NCBI GenBank assembly: GCA_965197585.1
Contig: OZ240215.1
Location: 2,560,001 to 2,624,000, forward strand
Length of the DNA stretch: 64,000 nt
Reading direction: 5' to 3'
Source: Dehalococcoidia bacterium
Lineage (GTDB): Bacteria; Chloroflexota; Dehalococcoidia; Plut-88900
The position numbers were made by a program, and so were the translations under genes. Shown piece after piece: positions 47,456 through 58,175 of this stretch (positions are counted from its first letter, which is position 1; each line of letters opens with the position of its first letter). A model generated the notes under the pieces. It ran no database searches and was not told the DNA's origin. It saw only the letters and a program-made list of their open reading frames with translations.

Positions 47456-48289
47456 ATGAGAAATGCAGTCCCAAGGTTCGGCATGCGGTGGGCGGTCGTG
47501 CTGGCGGTGGTTGCCGCAGTGGCCCTCGCGGCCCTGCTGGCCGTGGGCTCGCCGGCGTCGGCGCAGAGTTCGGACGATGGAGAAGAGATCTGGTCCGCGA
47601 CGATGACGGTGGGGGACTTCCCCACCGCCAAAGGGTACGGACAGCCGTCATCGGTTGGGTCCCTCTCCGACGATACCTTCATCCTGGGGCAACACGAGTT
47701 CCAGGTAAACGGAATCATAGACCGCCAGATTGGCTCTCGACTCATTGTGGGATTTGCCCCGAGACAGCCCAATGACGGCGAACTGCGGGCCATGACGCTT
47801 CACCTCGGCGGGCGATCGTTCGCGTTCGAGGATGCCACCTATGCGTCTGATACCACCTATACCCACGTATACTCATGGCCGCTTTCTCCGCGCTTCGATT
47901 GGACGGCCGGGGAGAGGGTTGCCGTGTCCATCAACGCGCTGCCGATGGTCGAGGTCTACGCGAATGACTCTGAGGTGGAATACGGCGGATCGGGAAATAC
48001 CGACGACGCGACGATTGAGTTCTCGTTCAACCGCATCGGGAGCACGGACGAAGCGCTGAGCTTCAACTTCAGCTTTGTCCAAACCGGAGAGACGGCGACA
48101 CGCACGTTCCAAGCCGGGCAAGAGTACTTCTATCTATACCACTGGGTCATCGAGGTGGACGAGAGCAACAACCCGCTCTGCACCATCACGTGGGAAGTGC
48201 TGCCTGGGGACGGGTACGTCCTTGGCAGGGATCCGATAGCGGCGGTGGACGTCGAAGGACCGGGCACGACCTGCATGTCGGGCATGTAG
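47456..48289 (+). CDS. Secreted protein, cassette array copy 3
   Basis: Same signal peptide and C-terminus (GPGTTCMSGM), divergent centre. Confidence 0.8.
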   Translation: MRNAVPRFGMRWAVVLAVVAAVALAALLAVGSPASAQSSDDGEEIWSATMTVGDFPTAKGYGQPSSVGSLSDDTFILGQHEFQVNGIIDRQIGSRLIVGFAPRQPNDGELRAMTLHLGGRSFAFEDATYASDTTYTHVYSWPLSPRFDWTAGERVAVSINALPMVEVYANDSEVEYGGSGNTDDATIEFSFNRIGSTDEALSFNFSFVQTGETATRTFQAGQEYFYLYHWVIEVDESNNPLCTITWEVLPGDGYVLGRDPIAAVDVEGPGTTCMSGM

Positions 48290-48373
48290 CTCCGGCGCCG
48301 CTCCAGCCCCTGGCCGGAGAACGGTCTCCGTTAGCCGGGCCCAACAGCCAAATTCACAGATTCCATCGAGAGG

Positions 48374-49390
48374 ATGCACATGATTGACCGCAAGAGAGGC
48401 TGGGCAGCAATGGCCGTCCTGGCGCTGCTTCTCCTGTCGGCCTGCGGGGACGCGGACGCCGAGCCGGGGCTCACCGCCGCCGAGGTCAGGGAGATAGTGC
48501 GCGCCGAGCTGGCCGAGGCCCCGGCCCCGCCGCAACCGGGAACGGGCGTCACCTCCGCCGAGGCGGAGCGCATCGCCCGCGGGGTGGTGGCCTCCATCCC
48601 CCTCAAGTCTGCCCCCGCCGACTACACCGCGTTCTACGTGGAGAGCGCCATCGCCCTTTACGAGACCCGGGGCCTGGACGCCACCCTGGCCCACTACAGC
48701 CGGAGGGAGAGCATCGACGGCCAGTGGTACGTCTTCATCATCGACGGAGACGACCGCATAGTCGCCCATCCCGACCCCCAGCGGGTGGGGCTGGACGTGA
48801 ATGGCTGGGTGGGCACCGACACCAACGGCTACAACTTCGCCCCCGAGCTGCTGTCGGCCACCGAGGAGGGCAGGTGGGTGACCTACGTGTTCGCCAACCC
48901 GGAGAGCGGGGACTTCGGTTCCGGCTACACCGGCGAGTTCGATCTGAAGAACGTCTGGGTGGTGAAGCACGAGGGGCTGCTCTTCGCCTCGGGCTGGTAC
49001 GTCAACGCCGACGAGTTCACCCAGGCCATGGTGGCCACGGCCGCCCATGTGTTCCGTCAGGTGGGGCTGGAGGGCACCATTGCGTACTTCGCCAGTCCCG
49101 AGACCGATTTTGCGGGGCTGTGGGCGGTCATCGGCTACTACAACAGCGCCGCCAACGTTGAAGGAGAGTGGTTCGCGTTCATAGCCGACGAGAACGGCAC
49201 GGTCATAGACCACTACGACAAGGCGCTGGTTGGAACGGACATCAAGGACCTGCTCGGTACGGACAGCTTCGAGGTCACCGCGGAGGGCAATTGGGTGACC
49301 ACGGAGGACGCGCGCGTCTGGGTGGTCGGCCAGGACGGGATGATCTTCGGTTCGGGCTGGCGCAGCGGCCACGACGAGACGGGCGATTGA
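48374..49390 (+). CDS. Cache-domain lipoprotein (paralogue 1)
   Basis: Lipobox LLSA-C; WYVFIID....VAHP...G, G.WV.Y...NP and FASGWY; the Cache-like unit is repeated. Confidence 0.75.
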   Translation: MHMIDRKRGWAAMAVLALLLLSACGDADAEPGLTAAEVREIVRAELAEAPAPPQPGTGVTSAEAERIARGVVASIPLKSAPADYTAFYVESAIALYETRGLDATLAHYSRRESIDGQWYVFIIDGDDRIVAHPDPQRVGLDVNGWVGTDTNGYNFAPELLSATEEGRWVTYVFANPESGDFGSGYTGEFDLKNVWVVKHEGLLFASGWYVNADEFTQAMVATAAHVFRQVGLEGTIAYFASPETDFAGLWAVIGYYNSAANVEGEWFAFIADENGTVIDHYDKALVGTDIKDLLGTDSFEVTAEGNWVTTEDARVWVVGQDGMIFGSGWRSGHDETGD

Positions 49391-49569
49391 GGCTGAGAGG
49401 CCGTTTCCGACGCCCATGCATGCACGGAGATTGAAACCATGACCAGGGCCAGGCCCCATTTCAGGCGACCCGTTCCAGCCGGCGTCCCGCGGTCCGCAAA
49501 CCATTCTCAGGGGCCAGGGCGGCGAGGCGGGGCAGGCAGCAACAAGAAGTTCCGAAAAAGGAGGCATCG

Positions 49570-50175
49570 ATGAGACAGGAAGTAATCAGCACATCACCCG
49601 TTGGCGGCGGAGGCGTCCGGCACCGGCTGTTCCGGCTGCCAAGGCTGGCGGTGGCCGCTCTCGTCCTGGCGGTCGCCGTGGTCGCAGTGGTCGCGGGCTC
49701 CGCGCAGGCGCAGACGACGACCGAGCTGAGCATCGTCTATCACTCCAACGGCGACAGAATCGCCGTCCCGGGCAAGCTCAACTCCAGCACCACTCTCAGT
49801 GGATTCCCCGTAGCGCACCATGACTCCATAGCGTATTTCCGCGTCACGCGCAGCGGCGGAGAAAACCTGTTCCAGGGGGATTCCGACGGGGTCGTGGCGC
49901 GCTTCGAATACAGCTATGCAAACGGCTTCGGGTCCCCAGCGTCCGCTGACCGGGGTCTCATTGGAAGATTCGGCCCACCCTGGGACCTTGAGGAAGTCAT
50001 CCGGATGGCGAATTCAGGTCCGCCCAATTATGCGAAGACCACGGGTCCGCTGACCATCGAGCTGGTCCCGCTGGAGGGGCAGCTGTACACGGTCGGCACG
50101 AACAGCTCGCTCTGCATCGTCCTCCACGACCTGGACGGCAACGTCACGGGGGACAACTGCACAGGCGGCTCGTAG
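49570..50175 (+). CDS. Secreted hypothetical protein
   Basis: GGAGG-like RBS, signal ending SAQA-Q, FRVTRSGG and a C-terminal Cys pair; distantly resembles the cassette C-terminal domain. Confidence 0.65.
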   Translation: MRQEVISTSPVGGGGVRHRLFRLPRLAVAALVLAVAVVAVVAGSAQAQTTTELSIVYHSNGDRIAVPGKLNSSTTLSGFPVAHHDSIAYFRVTRSGGENLFQGDSDGVVARFEYSYANGFGSPASADRGLIGRFGPPWDLEEVIRMANSGPPNYAKTTGPLTIELVPLEGQLYTVGTNSSLCIVLHDLDGNVTGDNCTGGS

Positions 50176-50241
50176 CGGCCGAAGGGTTGACCGATAGCCC
50201 ATGCGACGACGGGCGGCAATGCCGATGAAAGCGGAGGGTAC

Positions 50242-51255
50242 ATGGAATTCCGGAAGCTGAGCGCTATCGCCTCGGTGGCGATGGCCGTCCTGGCGCTGCT
50301 CCTCCTTGCGGCCTGCGGGGACGCGGACGCCGGGCCGGGCCTCACCCGGTCCGAGGTGGAAGAGATAGTGCGCGCCGAGCTCGCCGACGCTGCGGTTTCG
50401 TCACAGCCGGGACCGGGCCTCACCCCCGCCGAGGTCGAGCTGATAGCCCGCGGCGTGGTGGCCTCCATCCCATCCAGGTCCGACCCCGCCGGGTACACCA
50501 GGTTCTTCGTAGATGGGGCCATCGGCCGCTACGAGACCTTGGGCCTCGAGGCCACCCTCGCCCACTACAACCGGGAGGAGAGCATCGACGGCCAGTGGTA
50601 CGTCTTCATCATCGGCGAGGACGACCGGCTGATCGCGCACCCCAACCCCTACCGCCTGGGGCTGGACCTGAAGGGATGGGTGGGCACCGACGCCAACGGC
50701 TACAACTACGGATCGGAGATGCTGTCCGCTACCGAGGAGGGGAAGTGGGTGTCCTACGTCTACCGGAACCCGGAGAGCGGGGACCTGGGGCCCGGCTACA
50801 CCGGCGAGCTTGAGCTGAAGAACGCCTGGGTGGTGAAGCACGACGGGCTGCTGTTCGCCTCGGGCTGGTATGTCAACGCCGACGAGTTCAGCAAGGCCAT
50901 GGTCGCCACAGCCGCCCACGTGTTCCGTGAGGTTGGGCTGGAGGGGACCATCGCCTACTTCGCCAACCCCGAGAGCGATTTTGCGGGACTGGCGGCGACC
51001 ATCGAGTACTACAACAACACCGCGAACGTTGAAGGGGAATGGTTCGCGTTCATAGCCGACGAGAGCGGCACGGTCATAGACCACTACGACAAAGCACTGG
51101 TCGGAACGGACCTGAATGACCTGCTCGGCACGGATGCGTTCGAGGCCACCCCGGAGGGCAACTGGGTGACCGCGGAGGACGTGCGCGTCTGGGTGGTCGG
51201 CCAGGACGGGATGATCTTCGGGTCGGGCTGGCGCAGCGACGAATCGGGGAGCTGA
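50242..51255 (+). CDS. Cache-domain lipoprotein (paralogue 2)
   Basis: Lipobox LLAA-C; highly similar to 48374-49390. Confidence 0.75.
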   Translation: MEFRKLSAIASVAMAVLALLLLAACGDADAGPGLTRSEVEEIVRAELADAAVSSQPGPGLTPAEVELIARGVVASIPSRSDPAGYTRFFVDGAIGRYETLGLEATLAHYNREESIDGQWYVFIIGEDDRLIAHPNPYRLGLDLKGWVGTDANGYNYGSEMLSATEEGKWVSYVYRNPESGDLGPGYTGELELKNAWVVKHDGLLFASGWYVNADEFSKAMVATAAHVFREVGLEGTIAYFANPESDFAGLAATIEYYNNTANVEGEWFAFIADESGTVIDHYDKALVGTDLNDLLGTDAFEATPEGNWVTAEDVRVWVVGQDGMIFGSGWRSDESGS

Positions 51256-51460
51256 GGCGGTGGGTCCGGTAGAGACAGGGCTAGAGCGATTCGACCAGGT
51301 CATGCAGATAGAACTAAATACGGGACGATCCGGCTTTGCGGCACGGGCGATACCTCAACGTTGGGACAAGTGCAGCCGCAGGCAACCGGCCCGGCGCACC
51401 CACCGGGCTGCGAGCAACGGCCATCCCGTCGGGGGAAGCCCCCCAGAGAGGACGACACAA

Positions 51461-51679
51461 TTGAGATTCCAACTGAACGTTGATCACCCGACAAAAAGGG
51501 CGATCCTGCACCGCAACGATTCCCGGGACCCTCGCTGCCAGCCGGCTGAGAAGAAGCCCAAGTACGGCTACTGGCGTAGCTTCGACGACCCCCGCAGGGT
51601 CCTGGCCTTCGTCGACGGCATCGGCGAGCGCCTGCATCCGTGCTCGAAGTGCAGGCCCGTGGTAACGGGAATTGGATAG
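51461..51679 (+). CDS. Small hypothetical protein, possible Zn-binding (H..C..CxxC)
   Basis: TTG start after GAGGA; ILH....RC...CSKC. Confidence 0.4.
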   Translation: MRFQLNVDHPTKRAILHRNDSRDPRCQPAEKKPKYGYWRSFDDPRRVLAFVDGIGERLHPCSKCRPVVTGIG

Positions 51680-51776
51680 AGGCAGCAAGTCAGCGCTCCC
51701 CCCGGCCCTGGCCCCTCTTTTCGCGGGGGACCGCCCGGGGGAGCTGCGACGAGTGAGACGGAAGGAGGAGTGCCCC

Positions 51777-52057
51777 ATGCCGCGACAGCGCATCTCTTAC
51801 ATAAGGAAGACCTACGTCTTCCCCGCCAACTTCCATGAGCGGCTTGAGCGGTTCAAGGAGGAGTCGGACCTGCACGGGCGGAGCTGAACCGGCGCCTCGG
51901 CGTCTATCCCCAGACCTTGCAGCGCTGGAAGCGGGGCCTGTCGCGCCCCAGCGCGCGGCACATGATGGCGCTGCTGGAGTTGGCTGGGAGCCTTGGATTT
52001 GGCCATCTGCTGACCGGCCGCCCCAACGGTGAGGCGGTCTCCGGCCGGCCTCAATGA
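51777..52057 (+). pseudogene. XRE-family HTH regulator, frameshifted
   Basis: F.ERLERFKEES.L, then in a shifted frame AELNRRLGV.PQTLQRWKRG..RP. Confidence 0.65.
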
Positions 52058-52105
52058 CCGCCGTGCTCGCCGTGCAGGAAGACCGCCCCTGAAGAGAGCA
52101 TCACG

Positions 52106-52804
52106 ATGATCTGCGCCATCAGCCGAAGATTGCCCGTCCCGCTGGCCGCCCTTGTCGCGACCCTCCTGCTCCTCCCAAGCGCGCCGGCCGTGGCACACGT
52201 CGGTCCCGCACCGACCAGGCCCACGGGACTGACCGCCATGGGGTTCCACGGGGACATAGCGCTGGCCCACGAGATGGCGAGTCCCCACGTGAGGCTGAGC
52301 TGGGACGAACCGGGCGGCGCCGGCTTTCTCGGGTTCCAGCATGCGGAGGTCATCGACGTCTGGATTCCCCTCTTCCTGTTCTCCGTCCTCTTCGGCCTCT
52401 CTATGGACTACCACGTCTTCCTCCTGAGCCGTATCCGAGAGCGCTACGACCAGACCGGCGACAACACCGAGGCCGTGGCCTACGGTCTCCGCTCCACCGC
52501 CGGTTTGATCACCGGAGCCGCCCTCATAATGGTCGCCGTGTTCGGCGCTTTCGCCAGCGGCAGGACCATCATCAACCAGCAAGTCGGGTTCGGGCTTTCC
52601 GTAGCCGTGCTCCTGGACGCCACCCTCGTTCGCTCCGTTCTTGTCTCCGCCAGTATGGATATGCTCGGTAAACGCAACTGGTATCTGCCGTCATGGCTGA
52701 ACTGGCTGCCGGACCTGAGAATAGAAGCGGAAGAAATGCCCGCTCCTGATGTTCAAGGTCAAGCCTTACAGGGAGGGGCTACCGCCAATGAAAGTCCCGA
52801 CTGA
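52106..52804 (+). pseudogene. Chimeric remnant: signal peptide/FN3 start fused to an MMPL transporter C-terminus
   Basis: AP.RPTGLTA..V.LSWD.P is joined directly to LFSVLFGLSMDYHVFLLSRIRE..LDATLVRS..W.LP.WL.WLP. Confidence 0.75.
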
Positions 52805-53963
52805 CTACACAATTGGTTATGAAAAGGCCCGAGCTATTGCACCCGATATCGCAGACAAATACATCGCTCACACCCTTATTGGGGACCCCCTGGGCGAAGA
52901 GATGGCGGCGGACCTTGAGGCGTTCAGCGCATCTGAATCAGAGAGGCTCATTCAAGCGGCCATGAATGAGGAAGGTGAGGAGGCCCTGAGAGACGCCCCG
53001 GACTCCCTTCGGAGGTTCTTCAAAGAAGCGGAAACCCCGCCCGAGTGGCTCGACTATTCTGCATTCGCCCCGAGTGTCCGCATGTTTTACAGAAACTCGC
53101 AGATAGTCCTGGCTGCATTCGTCGCAGGAGTTCTCATAGAAGGCTTTACAACCAACATCGCAAAATCCTTCTTCATCACCGGACGGGTGCGTGACCAGGG
53201 CATCCGGCGTCTGGGGCAGAACAACCGTCACATGATGGAGATATTCCTCCCTGGCGGCATGTACAGGCATGGGGACGGCTGGAAGCTTTCCCTCCGCATC
53301 AGGATGGTTCACGCACGGCTTAGACGCCTCCTCAGCGCTTCCGAAGACTGGGATAAGGAGGCTTGGGGAGAGCCCATCAGTGCCGCTCACTTGGGCTACG
53401 CCATTTCCGCTTTCTCGGCAAGGCTGCTCAAGCACATGAAGACCCTCGGCGCCACTTACAATAAGGAAGAGTACGATAGCTTCATGGCCGTCTGGCGCTA
53501 CAGCGGTCACATAATGGGCATCCCTCAAACCATCCTGTTCCAGGATGCCGATGAAGCTCTGAAACTGTGGAAAATCGCCCTCATGTGCGAGCCCGATTCC
53601 CCAATCGAATCGATCGTGATGGCCCACGCGCTGGTCAACTCGGCCCCATTGATTGCCGGAGCCACCGAGCCGGAAGCCCGTCGCAGCCTGGCCCGGTACG
53701 TGTACCGCTTGTCCCGGGGACTCATCGGAAAAGAGTACGCCGAATCGCTGATGTATCCGCCCATCTCCCCCTTTGGAGCGGTATGGTGGTTCAGGACGCA
53801 GCAGCGCTACGGCCACGTCCTGAACAAGCTGTTGCCGGGCCGCCGCGAAGACAGCAACTTCTCTAAATTCACGTCGCTGCTCAGTACCTCATTGTTCGAC
53901 GAGGAAGGGATACGCTACACATTGCCCGACCGCGTGTACGCGGAAGAGTCGGTCCACTACTAG
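52788..53963 (+). CDS. Oxygenase MpaB/DUF2236 (Lcp-like globin) family protein
   Basis: P.WLD, RRL.., R.R..HA.LR, WG.PIS and WRY.G..MGI; GGAGG RBS. Confidence 0.8.
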   Translation: MKVPTDYTIGYEKARAIAPDIADKYIAHTLIGDPLGEEMAADLEAFSASESERLIQAAMNEEGEEALRDAPDSLRRFFKEAETPPEWLDYSAFAPSVRMFYRNSQIVLAAFVAGVLIEGFTTNIAKSFFITGRVRDQGIRRLGQNNRHMMEIFLPGGMYRHGDGWKLSLRIRMVHARLRRLLSASEDWDKEAWGEPISAAHLGYAISAFSARLLKHMKTLGATYNKEEYDSFMAVWRYSGHIMGIPQTILFQDADEALKLWKIALMCEPDSPIESIVMAHALVNSAPLIAGATEPEARRSLARYVYRLSRGLIGKEYAESLMYPPISPFGAVWWFRTQQRYGHVLNKLLPGRREDSNFSKFTSLLSTSLFDEEGIRYTLPDRVYAEESVHY

Positions 53964-54251
53964 CGGGCGTGTCCGCCTACTGCCGATTGCACTCCCTGCG
54001 CCAGCTCCCCCAACTGTGCATTACGTCGGCGGTGTTCCATGTCGGCACGGAGATGCTATAACCCCGAGAAGTAACTCGCAAGTCTAAACCGCACCCTCGC
54101 TTAGCCCTCCGGCAAGGAGGTGTGCCCAGGGCAGTGGAGTCGGGTGTTGCATAGCCATCTAGGGAGACGGTCTCAATGGACACCAACGGTCAGGAAGATG
54201 GAGCGACCACTTGGGCGGTCGCCGACACCAAGAATCTGACGATACAACGGT

Positions 54252-54567
54252 GAAGATGCCGCCGAGGCCCTCAACGGCGAGTACGTCCTGCGCGTAAGGG
54301 TGAGAGACCCGTCGACCGCATCTGCCACGGTGAATGTGATCGTTACGGTCACCGAGGTGAACGAGGCCCCTCTCTTCAAGGAGGACGCACCGACGGTGCT
54401 GAGAGTCAGGGAGAACACGGACCCGCCAGTCTTCACTCTAGATGACGGCGACACCCTGGTGCGTCCCAAGACCTACGCCGCTACCGACCAGGACGGTGGT
54501 AACACCTGCTGCACGTACTCGGTGACGGGCGTCGACCGCAGTGCTTTCGCCATCGACAGCACCATCT
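54252..54567 (+). pseudogene. Orphan fragment of a cadherin-repeat gene
   Basis: EDAAEALNGEYVLRVRVRDPSTASATVNVIVTV.EVNEAP.F.EDAP matches about 38140-38450. Confidence 0.75.
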
Positions 54568-54874
54568 TTGAGATGTGGATGGGGCTGTCAGCCTGCGGAC
54601 GGATTCCGTTCAATCCGATCTTGGGATGAAAAGCGTATTGAGGAGATTCAGTCCGAAACACTTTGTGGAGCATTTCCCTCCGGGTTCAGGAATTCCGCCC
54701 CTAGCCACCTACAAGGGCGCATTCCACAGATTCCTCCAAAGCTTAGCGATGTTTGTAGTCCTAACTTGACGGCTGCAGTAGTTGAGCATTGGCGGATACG
54801 TCACGCGTTCTCAATAACAAAGAGCGCTTTCGCCGCGAGGCCTGTTGAGTAGTATTTGCTGGCATAGTTCAAGA

Positions 54875-55818
54875 TCAACCATCGTCTTGGAACCGAACCT
54901 CAATCCGTTCATCCGTCACATCTGCTAGCGAGTTCTCCGTCGCCCTACTCATTCCTAGGTCGGCCAGTAAATTATGAAAGAAACGGCCATCAGCGATTTT
55001 GAAATCTGTTCTCCGCTTAGAAAGCCTCACGAGCATACGGGATGTTTCATCAGTCGGCTGGCCCAGAAGTTGCCTTCCCCGAATATAAGCGTGTAGATCG
55101 GACAATTAAAGCGCAGGGTCAAATATTGAGTCTTGGAACTCTATGGTAGCGAATCTCGTCTCACCTGGGTGGAACAGTGGCACCCACGATCTCCCAAAGT
55201 AATCGGCGACATTCGCCTCTAGGGGAGTGTTTCTATCTAGGACCACATGTAAAACAGAGTTCTCGGGTACCAGGTCATGCGCCTCTTCGAGGAAGAGGTT
55301 TAATGCCATCAGATATGGACGGTTGGTTGCTCCTGTAGTCTTGAACTTGCGATGCATAGTCGGTTTAAAGGAGTTTGAATCTTCGTCTCTCTTCAAGGAA
55401 ATGGACGTTTCAATGTAACCACCTGTGAAGTACCTTCTTTACTCCGTTGTCAGGTTGTTGAAAGTTTCCACATGCACGGCGCCTCCAATGGGGAGCAGAG
55501 CACACGATTCCGCAACTCCCACTAGCTCATCTAGGAATTGGAGTTTGCGCCTGTCAGGCCAACCACGGTAGGGATTTGTAGAGCTCTTCTGACGGCTCCG
55601 CTGGGGAAAATCAATAGAATGGAACTCGTCAACGTTGTGACGTTGTTGTGACGTTCCAACACGTCACTCCAGAGCCTGTTGAAAAACTCCCATTGGTTGT
55701 CGGAAGATACGCTCCCCAGAAGCAAGCAGTACTTCGCACCTTCCTGAGTGCCGCTTTCATACCCGTAGGCCCACAGGTGGGCCTCTCCTTTAGAAGGTCT
55801 TTGTAGAGGTGCTAACAC
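54875..55818 (-). pseudogene. DUF3800-like (RNase H-fold) gene fragmented by stops and frameshifts
   Basis: Fragments AYGYESG..YC.L.G, V.LD.N and PAL*LSDLHAY resemble the family motifs Y.DESG and LQ.AD..AY. Confidence 0.5.
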
Positions 55819-56016
55819 TTGTCTAGTTCTTGTCCGATGGTAGGGTATGAGTTAGGAAACTTACGGGACTCTGTTGTTGGGGCATAAAAAGTCGAGCCTA
55901 TCAAAGCCAATCGGATAGTGTTAAGTGGGTCGAACGGAACTGTGTTGCAAACGTTTGAATCTGCGCTGGCCCTTTGAATCTTGGCGGATGGATTGGCGAT
56001 CGTAGTGCGAAGGTAT

Positions 56017-57240
56017 TCAATGCCCTAGCATCCCTGCTGCCACATAATACCCGGTTGCCCCATCAGGGACATGCTCGTAGGTTTGTACTTGGCCTAGAGT
56101 GTTTAGTAGTTGGCCTACTAGCGTTGCCAGACCCACCGGAACTGCCATGAACAGATGGACCTTTCCTCGCACGTGAAACTGTTGTCTGACATTCCGCGCC
56201 GCTTCTACGATCCGGTGCGCCACCTCAACTGCCTCTCCACCAGACTTCAGATCTGCAGTAGTGGAAGGTTCCAAAGGTTTAACGTGAACATAGGCTCGAA
56301 ACCGTGGCAAAGATTGGTAGGAAACACCCACCGCTTGCGATACGTCCGCGTTAACGGAAACAAGTATGGCAAGGTCATCGGCAGCTGCGTCGCCAGCGGT
56401 TATGACTGCATCAAATTTAGAATCCACACGAGAATCCTGCAGTGACCACAGTTGATTGGCCCTGCCTGGAGTGTATTGCTCCCACGAGAGGTCTGACCTT
56501 CTCGGAGCCATGAAGTAGTAACCCAGGGCAATAGCTGCCGGTATTGAAAGCAAGCCACTAGCCTGTACCGTCCTCCCGGGCGCTCTCTGCTGGATCTGCG
56601 CACTTATTTCAGCCAAGGCGGGAAGCAAGTAAGCTCGCCACGTTTCGTCTGTTGCTATCCTATCCTCAAATCTGTGCGTCCAGTCGATTGCCAATGCAGG
56701 GGGGCCATCAGAGGCGAAGCGGCTTCGTGTATTCATTACAAGTTTGAGTGGCTGTCCAACGGGTAGATAATGGTGTAGTGCCTCCAAACGCCTTGCTAAC
56801 GTTCTAATCGCGATAGAGCGGATTTCATGCTCTGCAGCAGGGTCAGATGACACTTTTCGAATGTTCCACCGTCGCAAGTCTGCGATTCCTATGTCCCCTT
56901 GCATCAGGGTTCCTACGCTCTCATAGCTCAGCCCTCCCGCCGCAACGGGCACAACGAAAAACTCGTCACCTCTGTTGTGGCGGTTAAGTATTAACGGAGC
57001 CTCTACCCTTCGAATCATGCTAGATTCAGCAACATCTGGAGTAAGCCACATGACAGCGCTGGCCGTGTTGGAATCGGACAACACAGACCGAATTGCGTCT
57101 TCCGTGGGCTCTTCATCCAGATTTTCGATGTCTTGCCACGTGGGAATCCCAATGTCGTGCTGATAAGCAATCAATGTTTGGGCTTCACTGAGACGGGATC
57201 TGCGGTAGCTCAGAAAAGACCGGCCTGTCGGGTCTGTCAT
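56017..57240 (-). CDS. CBASS effector, TIR-SAVED
   Basis: N-terminal TIR (FLSYRR, W.D, S..I..VE catalytic Glu); C-terminal SAVED (W.Q, VHLFMA.P.GLA..VG..LN). TGATG-coupled to TRIP13. Confidence 0.9.
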   Translation of the reverse strand: MTDPTGRSFLSYRRSRLSEAQTLIAYQHDIGIPTWQDIENLDEEPTEDAIRSVLSDSNTASAVMWLTPDVAESSMIRRVEAPLILNRHNRGDEFFVVPVAAGGLSYESVGTLMQGDIGIADLRRWNIRKVSSDPAAEHEIRSIAIRTLARRLEALHHYLPVGQPLKLVMNTRSRFASDGPPALAIDWTHRFEDRIATDETWRAYLLPALAEISAQIQQRAPGRTVQASGLLSIPAAIALGYYFMAPRRSDLSWEQYTPGRANQLWSLQDSRVDSKFDAVITAGDAAADDLAILVSVNADVSQAVGVSYQSLPRFRAYVHVKPLEPSTTADLKSGGEAVEVAHRIVEAARNVRQQFHVRGKVHLFMAVPVGLATLVGQLLNTLGQVQTYEHVPDGATGYYVAAGMLGH

Positions 57241-58175
57241 CACGTATCGTCCCCGTTCCTGAATGGAGGAGCGGGTGTAAATTCTTTGGCCTGAGCCTTC
57301 ACGCGTTCGAAATCTATTGGAGAACCGGGGAAAGCATCAAGAAGGATGTCCGGCAAGAACCTTGCGGTCAAATCGGAATAGGTGCAACCGTACCCAAGTC
57401 CGTTCGAGTCTCCAAGCAATTGGGCCAACCCCTGGATTTGCCCGTTATCGAACCCCAAACCCGCCAGACTACAACCCAAAATCGTCAACCGTTGTTCCAG
57501 ATTGGGCCTCTTGAAGTGAAATATGTCGGCAGCTCTCCTTACAATCGCGGGGTCAAGTGCCTCTACCCGGTTGGTACACAGCACCACAATCGCCGGGTGA
57601 TTGCCGCCGCCAATGCGATCAATCCCCCTGATCAAAGCATTTACACCGGCACGATCCTCGTGGTGCATTTGACTGAGTTCCCTAGATTGAGCCAATGCGT
57701 CAGCTTCATCAATGAGGAGAACAATTGCACCTTGCGGGCCGGAATCATCAAAGGCAATTTTCCGTGCCGCCTCCTCTATCCGCGAGAAAGCTGTGGTAAT
57801 CAGGCTCGTCATCTGTCCTACCGCACCAGTGCCGCGAGCCCCCAGGCTGAGCCTGTAAAGCGTCGTCGCAATTTTCAGATCGCGCGCAACCTTATCGGGG
57901 AAAGATTCAGCGAGAGAAGTCTTTCCGGTCCCAATGTCGCCGGAGAACAGAAGCAGTGGCATCCTCTCATCGAAAGATCTGGCAAGAGGTACGACGCTCC
58001 CATAATATTGTTTGCTCCAGTTCTCAATCTCTTTCGGCCGCAAGAGGATCCGCGCTTCTTTGGAAATGCGATCCTTCTCCTGGTCGAGTCCAACAAGACG
58101 TGCATACTTGTCTTGAAGCCGAGGGTTCGGGTACTCCTCTACCGCATCGAACAGGTCATCTTCGGTGTAGTTCAT
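57240..58175 (-). CDS. cap6: CBASS TRIP13/Pch2-like AAA+ ATPase (Cap6)
   Basis: GDIGTGKT, LIDEADALA.SR...QMHHEDRAGVNALI and TNR...LDPA..RR. Confidence 0.92.
   Translation of the reverse strand: MNYTEDDLFDAVEEYPNPRLQDKYARLVGLDQEKDRISKEARILLRPKEIENWSKQYYGSVVPLARSFDERMPLLLFSGDIGTGKTSLAESFPDKVARDLKIATTLYRLSLGARGTGAVGQMTSLITTAFSRIEEAARKIAFDDSGPQGAIVLLIDEADALAQSRELSQMHHEDRAGVNALIRGIDRIGGGNHPAIVVLCTNRVEALDPAIVRRAADIFHFKRPNLEQRLTILGCSLAGLGFDNGQIQGLAQLLGDSNGLGYGCTYSDLTARFLPDILLDAFPGSPIDFERVKAQAKEFTPAPPFRNGDDT

Noticed and set aside
1-57240. A shared NAD theme linking pncC, DarT and TIR
   Set aside because: The genes are far apart in unrelated contexts and nothing in the sequence links them.
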